A program made the position numbers and the translations under genes. 64,000 nt of DNA from an uncultured PS1 clade bacterium (GTDB lineage: Bacteria > Pseudomonadota > Alphaproteobacteria > MED-G09): positions 33,899 to 97,898 of the forward strand of contig CACLQD010000002.1 in the NCBI GenBank assembly GCA_902609025.1. Reading direction: 5' to 3'. Below the pieces are notes generated by a model. It was not told where the DNA came from, ran no database searches, and saw only the letters and a program-made list of their open reading frames with translations. Of this stretch, positions 58,668 to 64,000 are shown in pieces; the first letter of the stretch is position 1; every line of letters starts with the position of its first letter.

Positions 58668-60020
58668 ATGGCTAAAAACTGGTCAAAAGATAGCTGGAGA
58701 AATAAACCTATAATTCAAGTACCTGAATATGATGATCAAAAGGCTCTTGAAAAGGTAGAAAAAAGAATATCTTCCTATCCACCTCTTGTTTTTGCAGGTG
58801 AAGCTAGGAGATTAAAAGAACATTTAGCTAAAGTATCTAGAGGTGAAGCATTTTTACTTCAAGGCGGAGATTGTGCAGAAAGTTTTGCAGAACATCATCC
58901 TGACAATATTCGTGATACTTTCAGAGTTATGCTTCAAATGGCCATAGTATTAACTTTTGGCGCAGGTTGTCCTATAGTTAAAGTAGGCAGAATTGCAGGT
59001 CAATTCGCTAAGCCTAGGTCAGCTCCCATGGAGAAGCAAGGTGATATTGAATTGCCAAGTTATAGAGGTGATATAATTAACGATATCTCGTTTGATTCTG
59101 AACTTAGAAAACCAGACCCTCAAAGACAAATTATGGCATATAGACAGTCAGCTTCAACACTAAATCTTTTAAGAGCTTTCGCTCAAGGTGGTTATGCTAA
59201 TCTTGATCATGTTCATCAATGGAATATGGATTTTGTAAAAGAAAGTAAACAAGGTGAACAGTACGAAGCTCTAGCAGGTAGAATATCTGAAACATTAGAT
59301 TTTATGGATGCTGTTGGTATTAACTCTAATACCTCACAAGCATTAAGATCTGTTGAGTTCTTTACAAGCCATGAATCATTATTGCTTGGATATGAAGAGG
59401 CATTAACAAGAGTAGACTCTACTAGTGGAGATTGGTATGACACATCCGCACATATGCTCTGGATTGGCGATAGAACACGCCAACCCGATGGTGCTCATAT
59501 TGAATTCGTAAGAGGAATTCATAATCCAATTGGAATCAAATGTGGGCCGTCTATTGAGGCAGATGAATTAATAAAATTAATAGATATAATAAATCCATCA
59601 AATGAAGAGGGTAGAATTACTCTTATTGCTAGATTTGGAGTGGATAAAATAGAAGATCACCTTCCCTCTCTTATAAAAGCAATAGAATCAGAAGGAAAAA
59701 GTGTTGTTTGGTGTTGTGATCCAGTACATGGAAATACAATTAAAGCTTCAAATGGTTATAAAACAAGATATTTAGATACCCTTTTAAATGAAGTAAAAAA
59801 GTTCATTGATATTCATGAAGCTGAAGGTACATATGCTGGCGGTGTTCATATTGAAATGACAGGTCAAAACGTTACAGAATGTTGTGGTGGATCTTTTGAG
59901 GTATTGGAAGAAGATCTATCTAGCAGATATCACACACATTGTGATCCAAGACTGAATGCTAATCAGTCACTAGATTTAGCATTTTTAGTATCAGAGCGAC
60001 TTAAAGAAATAAAATCATAA
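58668..60020 (+). CDS. Class II (plant-like) 3-deoxy-7-phosphoheptulonate (DAHP) synthase
   Basis: About 450 aa. [33 protein letters not shown] and DPVHGNT. ATG 58668 (after GGAG) is preferred over the TTG at 58656. Confidence 0.9.
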   Translation: MAKNWSKDSWRNKPIIQVPEYDDQKALEKVEKRISSYPPLVFAGEARRLKEHLAKVSRGEAFLLQGGDCAESFAEHHPDNIRDTFRVMLQMAIVLTFGAGCPIVKVGRIAGQFAKPRSAPMEKQGDIELPSYRGDIINDISFDSELRKPDPQRQIMAYRQSASTLNLLRAFAQGGYANLDHVHQWNMDFVKESKQGEQYEALAGRISETLDFMDAVGINSNTSQALRSVEFFTSHESLLLGYEEALTRVDSTSGDWYDTSAHMLWIGDRTRQPDGAHIEFVRGIHNPIGIKCGPSIEADELIKLIDIINPSNEEGRITLIARFGVDKIEDHLPSLIKAIESEGKSVVWCCDPVHGNTIKASNGYKTRYLDTLLNEVKKFIDIHEAEGTYAGGVHIEMTGQNVTECCGGSFEVLEEDLSSRYHTHCDPRLNANQSLDLAFLVSERLKEIKS

Positions 60021-60023
60021 AAT

Positions 60024-61013
60024 TTATTGGATATTTACTACAACTCTTCCTCTGACTTGCCCTTTCAATATATCTTGTGCAAATTTCTCAATTTGATCCA
60101 GTGAAGTTTCAATAATCATTTCTTCTAGTTTTTCAAAATTAATATCTTTACTTAGACGATTCCAAGCTCTCTCTCTTATTTGCATTGGGGCCATTACTGA
60201 GTCAATACCAAGCAAAGAAACACCTCTTAATATGAATGGCATAACTGTAGAGGGAAGATCCATTCCTTGCGCAAGTCCGCATGCAGAAACAGCTCCACCA
60301 TAAGATATCTGAGCAAGTATGTTAGCCAATGTAGTGCTGCCAACTGAGTCAATCGCTCCAGCCCATCTCTCTTTTCCTAAAGGTCTTGATGGTTCAGATA
60401 ATTCAGATCTATCAATAACTGTTTTCGCGCCAAGATTATTAAGATATGCGGTTTCTTCTAATCTTCCTGTTGAAGCCTCTACATTGTAACCTAAATCTGA
60501 GAGAAGAGAAATTGCTACAGATCCAACTCCACCTGAAGCACCAGATACCAAAATTTCTCCATCATCTGGTTTTATACCATGATCTTCAATAGCCAAAACA
60601 CATAACATTGCAGTATAACCTGCTGTTCCTATAGCCATTGCTTGTTTATTGGATATATTTTCAGGTAGCTTTAATAGATGTTCAGATTTAACTCTAGCCT
60701 TTTCCGAATATCCACCAAAATGACTTTCTGACAAACCATAACCATTTAAAACTACCCTGTCTCCTTCTGAAAAATTTTTATCTTCTGATGATAAAACTAT
60801 TCCACTTAAATCAATTCCAGGTATCATTGGGAATGATCGAACAACCGGTGATGTTCCTGTTATAGCTAAACCATCTTTATAATTTAATGTTGAATGAGTA
60901 GTTTTTATTAGGACATTACCTTCCATTAAATCATTATCATCGATCTCAACCATATTAACAGTTTGAACATCATCCTCTTTCTCAATCATAAGAGCTCTAA
61001 ATTTTTCAGACAT
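60024..61013 (-). CDS. YhdH/AcuI-family MDR oxidoreductase (putative acrylyl-CoA reductase)
   Basis: 329 aa. HSTLNYKDGLAITG matches the YhdH/AcuI hallmark SSLNYKDALAITG, with GASGGVGS present. Confidence 0.8.
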   Translation of the reverse strand: MSEKFRALMIEKEDDVQTVNMVEIDDNDLMEGNVLIKTTHSTLNYKDGLAITGTSPVVRSFPMIPGIDLSGIVLSSEDKNFSEGDRVVLNGYGLSESHFGGYSEKARVKSEHLLKLPENISNKQAMAIGTAGYTAMLCVLAIEDHGIKPDDGEILVSGASGGVGSVAISLLSDLGYNVEASTGRLEETAYLNNLGAKTVIDRSELSEPSRPLGKERWAGAIDSVGSTTLANILAQISYGGAVSACGLAQGMDLPSTVMPFILRGVSLLGIDSVMAPMQIRERAWNRLSKDINFEKLEEMIIETSLDQIEKFAQDILKGQVRGRVVVNIQ

Positions 61014-61026
61014 TTTTCCTCCTAAA

Positions 61027-62337
61027 TTATCTATTAAATTGCATTGGTTGACCTATTGGGTCAGATAGTTCATCTTCCCTCATAACAATATTGCCTCTTA
61101 TTATTGTCATAATTGGCCACCCTTTTATTTTCATTCCATCATAAGGAGTCCAACCACACTTACTTACAATCCAATTATTCTCAATAACCCTCTCTTTATT
61201 TAAGTCAATTACAGTAAAATCAGCATCATTACCTACTTCTATAAAACCCTTATTTTTAATACCAAATAACCTTGCGGGGTTTGCACTGGTTAATTGAACA
61301 AATCGATTTAAGGATAATTTCTTATTATTTACATGGTTTAACATGACAGGAACAAGAGTTTGAACACCAGGCATACCTGATGGGGAAATAGGATATTCTT
61401 TATCCTTTTCATCTTTAGTATGGGGAGCGTGATCTGAGCCTATTATATCTGCAACACCATTATTTATAGCTGTCCATAATTTAGTCTGATGATTTATATC
61501 TCTAATCGGCGGATTCATTTGGGCATAACTTCCAAGTTCATTGTAACAATCAGGAGCTGATAAAGTTAAATGTTGAGGAGTTATTTCAACAGAAGCTATG
61601 TCTTTATTATCAGCTAAAAATTCAGCCTCTTGTCCTGTTGATACATGAAGAATATGTATTTTTTTATTATATTTTCTGGCAATTTTAATTATTCTTTGAG
61701 TAGCAGTAAAACATTGCTCATCATTTCTCCATACTTCATGAGAATGTATATCTCCTGTTACTTGGTATTCTTTTCTGGCATCAAGAGAGCTTTGATCTTC
61801 AGAATGAAATGATGCTCTAAAATTAATTTCAGACATGATTTTAGACAAATCTTCATCTCCTGATACCACTAGACCTCCAATACTCAATCCCATAAAAACT
61901 TTTACACCGCAGCAGCCTTCAACTTTCTCTAATTTAGGTAGCTCTTTACTATTGTTTTCAGTTCCGCCAACATAAAAAGCATAATCACAATAGGATCTAT
62001 TTTTTGCACGTTCAAATTTATCTAATAGTGCTTCAAGATTAGTTGTTGAAGGGTTTGTATTGGGCATTTCAAAAACACCAGTTATTCCACCCAAAATAGC
62101 TGATTTTGTACCAGTATTCAGATCTTCTTTATGCATTGGTCCTGGTTCACGAAAATGTACCTGAGTATCTATAACACCAGGAATTAAATCTAAATGTTCT
62201 ATATTTAAAATTGTTTCAGCATCATCATTAAGGCTTCCGATTTCGGATATAATTCCATCCTTAATCCCTATATCAGAAATATAGCTTTTACTCTCATCAG
62301 TTATATTTGCGTTTTTAAAGATGATATCAAATGGCAT
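61027..62337 (-). CDS. pyrC: Dihydroorotase (long, CAD/Bacillus-like type)
   Basis: 436 aa. DTQVHFREPG, VKVFM (carbamylated-Lys position), FHSED, ILHVST and GSDHAPH. Confidence 0.8.
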   Translation of the reverse strand: MPFDIIFKNANITDESKSYISDIGIKDGIISEIGSLNDDAETILNIEHLDLIPGVIDTQVHFREPGPMHKEDLNTGTKSAILGGITGVFEMPNTNPSTTNLEALLDKFERAKNRSYCDYAFYVGGTENNSKELPKLEKVEGCCGVKVFMGLSIGGLVVSGDEDLSKIMSEINFRASFHSEDQSSLDARKEYQVTGDIHSHEVWRNDEQCFTATQRIIKIARKYNKKIHILHVSTGQEAEFLADNKDIASVEITPQHLTLSAPDCYNELGSYAQMNPPIRDINHQTKLWTAINNGVADIIGSDHAPHTKDEKDKEYPISPSGMPGVQTLVPVMLNHVNNKKLSLNRFVQLTSANPARLFGIKNKGFIEVGNDADFTVIDLNKERVIENNWIVSKCGWTPYDGMKIKGWPIMTIIRGNIVMREDELSDPIGQPMQFNR

Positions 62338-62397
62338 TGTAACGAAATTCCTATTTCATTATACTAATATAATAAAATTAAAATTAAATAAAAATAT

Positions 62398-63216
62398 ATG
62401 AATAATGAATTAATAACATTAACAAATAGATCTTTAGTCCTAGTTTCAGGAAAAGATTCTGAAGACTTCCTTCAGTCTATAATAACTATCGACTTAAGTA
62501 GTAATGCTGAAGAACTGTTATCAAGTTGTTTTTTAAGTCCTCAAGGAAAATTGTTAAATCAGTTCTTTGTAAAAAGAGAAGAAACTCACCTCCTATTAGA
62601 TTTACACAAAAAATCCTTTCAATCATTTATGGAAAAGATGCAAATATATAAACTAAATTCAGATGTAAATTTTGAAGAAAAAAATGATCTAGAAGTTGTG
62701 GTTTGTCTAGAAAAAGAATTTCAGGGTTCCTTTATTGACCCTAGAAATAAAAATTTAGGCTGGAGAGGAGTAAGAGAGAAAAGTAACGATAGTTCTAATA
62801 GTGAAAATTATGAAAAGAAAAAAATTTCTCTTGGTATAGTTGAAGAAGGTGAAGATTTTTTATCTGGTGAATTTTTTCCAATAGAATTAAATCTTGATTA
62901 TCTGAATTCAATTTCATTCAAAAAAGGTTGTTTTATCGGACAAGAAGTAACTTCAAGAATGTATAGAAAAGGAAAACCAAAAAAAAGAGTTTTTTCAATT
63001 ACATCTAATAGAAATAACAAGCAAGGTGATGATATTTTTTTAGAAAATAAAAAAATTGGAACAATTATTAAATCATACGAGAATGAAAGCGTAGCAATTC
63101 TTAAAACTGATGTATTGCCTAAAATTCAAAAGGAAAATGTAATTGTTAATATAAATAATGCTGAAGTTACTATAACTGTTCACATTCCTGATATTCTTAA
63201 AGATTATGCCATCTGA
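62398..63216 (+). CDS. ygfZ: YgfZ-type folate-binding protein
   Basis: 272 aa. KGCFIGQE matches the YgfZ signature KGC(Y/F)xGQE. Confidence 0.7.
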   Translation: MNNELITLTNRSLVLVSGKDSEDFLQSIITIDLSSNAEELLSSCFLSPQGKLLNQFFVKREETHLLLDLHKKSFQSFMEKMQIYKLNSDVNFEEKNDLEVVVCLEKEFQGSFIDPRNKNLGWRGVREKSNDSSNSENYEKKKISLGIVEEGEDFLSGEFFPIELNLDYLNSISFKKGCFIGQEVTSRMYRKGKPKKRVFSITSNRNNKQGDDIFLENKKIGTIIKSYENESVAILKTDVLPKIQKENVIVNINNAEVTITVHIPDILKDYAI

Positions 63217-63787
63217 TAGGGAAGGTTTTTGTAATTGGTCTAATTCACATGATATTTACATGAAATATCATGATGATGAATGGGGAAAACCAGAATTTGA
63301 TGGCAAAAAACTATTTGAAATGCTTACTTTAGAAACTTTTCAATCTGGTCTTAGTTGGATAATTATTCTAAAAAAAAGGGATAATTTCAAAATAGCTTTT
63401 GATAATTTTAATCCAAAGGTTATTTCAAGATATAATAATAAAAAGATCAAGGAGCTTATGGAAGATAGATCAATTGTAAGAAATAAAAAAAAGATACTTT
63501 CAACTATAAATAATGCAAAAATTTATAACAATGAATTCAAGAGTTCTAAAAAATTTTCCGATTTTTTCTGGAAATATGTTGATTATAAACCTATTATTAA
63601 CTCTAGAAAGGAATTAAGAGAAATTCCCAAAGATACCGAATTATCTAAAAAAATTTCAAAAAAAATGAAAGAATTAGGGTTTAGTTTTTGTGGGCCAGTA
63701 ACAGTTTACTCATTTATGCAAGCTTCTGGAATAATAAATGATCATTTAGTGAGTTGCCCGCATTACTTAAAATGTCAAAAAGATTAA
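63206..63787 (+). CDS. tag: DNA-3-methyladenine glycosylase I
   Basis: C.W...D..YMKYHDDEWGKP, FEMLTLETFQSGLSW and the C-terminal Cys/His of the zinc snap. Confidence 0.88.
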   Translation: MPSDREGFCNWSNSHDIYMKYHDDEWGKPEFDGKKLFEMLTLETFQSGLSWIIILKKRDNFKIAFDNFNPKVISRYNNKKIKELMEDRSIVRNKKKILSTINNAKIYNNEFKSSKKFSDFFWKYVDYKPIINSRKELREIPKDTELSKKISKKMKELGFSFCGPVTVYSFMQASGIINDHLVSCPHYLKCQKD

Positions 63788-63820
63788 CATAATTGATTTT
63801 TCTGATATTATTTTTGGATT

Positions 63821-64000
63821 ATGAATGAAATTGTAATCAGCGGAACTGGTGTATTTACCCCTAAAGAATCAATAACAAATAAAGAGCTTGTTGAAGCTTA
63901 TAATGCTTATGCAGAGAAATTTAATACACTTAACAAGGATCTAATTGATAATGGTGAATTAGATGCCTTAGAATTGTCTAATGAAGACTTTATTTATAAT
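63821..64000 (+). CDS. FabH-like beta-ketoacyl-ACP synthase III family protein, N-terminal 60 codons (runs off the window)
   Basis: Not in the track. My translation reads MNEIVISGTGVFTPKESITNKELVEAYNAYAEKFNTLNKDLIDNGELDALELSNEDFIYN, which resembles the N-terminus of long FabH-like KAS III proteins of Alphaproteobacteria. Confidence 0.55.
   Translation, partial: MNEIVISGTGVFTPKESITNKELVEAYNAYAEKFNTLNKDLIDNGELDALELSNEDFIYN

Noticed and set aside
1-64000. Search for rRNA, tRNA, tmRNA, CRISPR arrays, tandem repeats and IS elements.
   Set aside because: No spacer is long or GC-rich enough for a tRNA or other structured RNA gene (no GGTTCGA-type T-arm motifs in spacers). No repeat-spacer periodicity was seen, and there are no transposase- or integrase-like ORFs. 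Every gap over 60 bp was inspected by eye.

Overview
This is a strongly A+T-rich, very compact bacterial chromosome segment. I call 68 protein-coding genes, two of them cut by the window edges. I see no rRNA or tRNA genes, no CRISPR array, and no transposase, integrase or phage genes. By my own tally of gaps, only about 1.9 kb of the 64 kb is intergenic.

Gene order is alphaproteobacterial: ndk-holC-pepA divergent from lptF-lptG-lptD-surA-pdxA-rsmA, then fabD-fabG-acpP-fabF, rpsF-rpsR-rplI-dnaB, cvpA-purF, yfgM-bamB-der and xseB-ispA-dxs. Composition plus this degree of streamlining suggests a SAR11/Pelagibacterales-like marine lineage, but that is inference only. Most of the window is ordinary core housekeeping: envelope biogenesis, fatty acid synthesis, ribosome, purine, shikimate and isoprenoid genes, and RNA modification.

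The non-housekeeping part lies at about 28.4-43.8 kb.
- A stand-alone kinase resembling the N-terminal domain of ACAD10/ACAD11.
- A cluster of three acyl-CoA dehydrogenases (ACADs) plus an enoyl-CoA hydratase, with a PimC/PimD-like large/small subunit pair.
- An orphan Rieske oxygenase alpha subunit.
- A small heat-shock gene with a sigma-32-like promoter and a ROSE-like leader.
- An MFS transporter.
- A tight five-gene operon: SDR, EthA-type Baeyer-Villiger monooxygenase (BVMO), nitronate-monooxygenase family protein, esterase and DUF1295 membrane protein.

The dehydrogenase half of the ACAD10/11-type system sits 27.8 kb away, at 57.3 kb.

My best candidate for something undescribed is this regulator-less, oxygenase-rich ketone/ester and hydroxy-acid/acyl-CoA catabolic neighbourhood. 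I did not find a defence island, a mobile element or any clear-cut novel system, and all functional assignments rest on motif and synteny recognition by eye.

Smaller sequence-level observations:
- Two tandem DnaA boxes upstream of dnaB.
- Repeated motifs in the few long spacers.
- Pervasive convergent gene overlaps, with only one visible intrinsic terminator.
- A Gln in place of the first His of the HxH metal motif in dihydroorotase.
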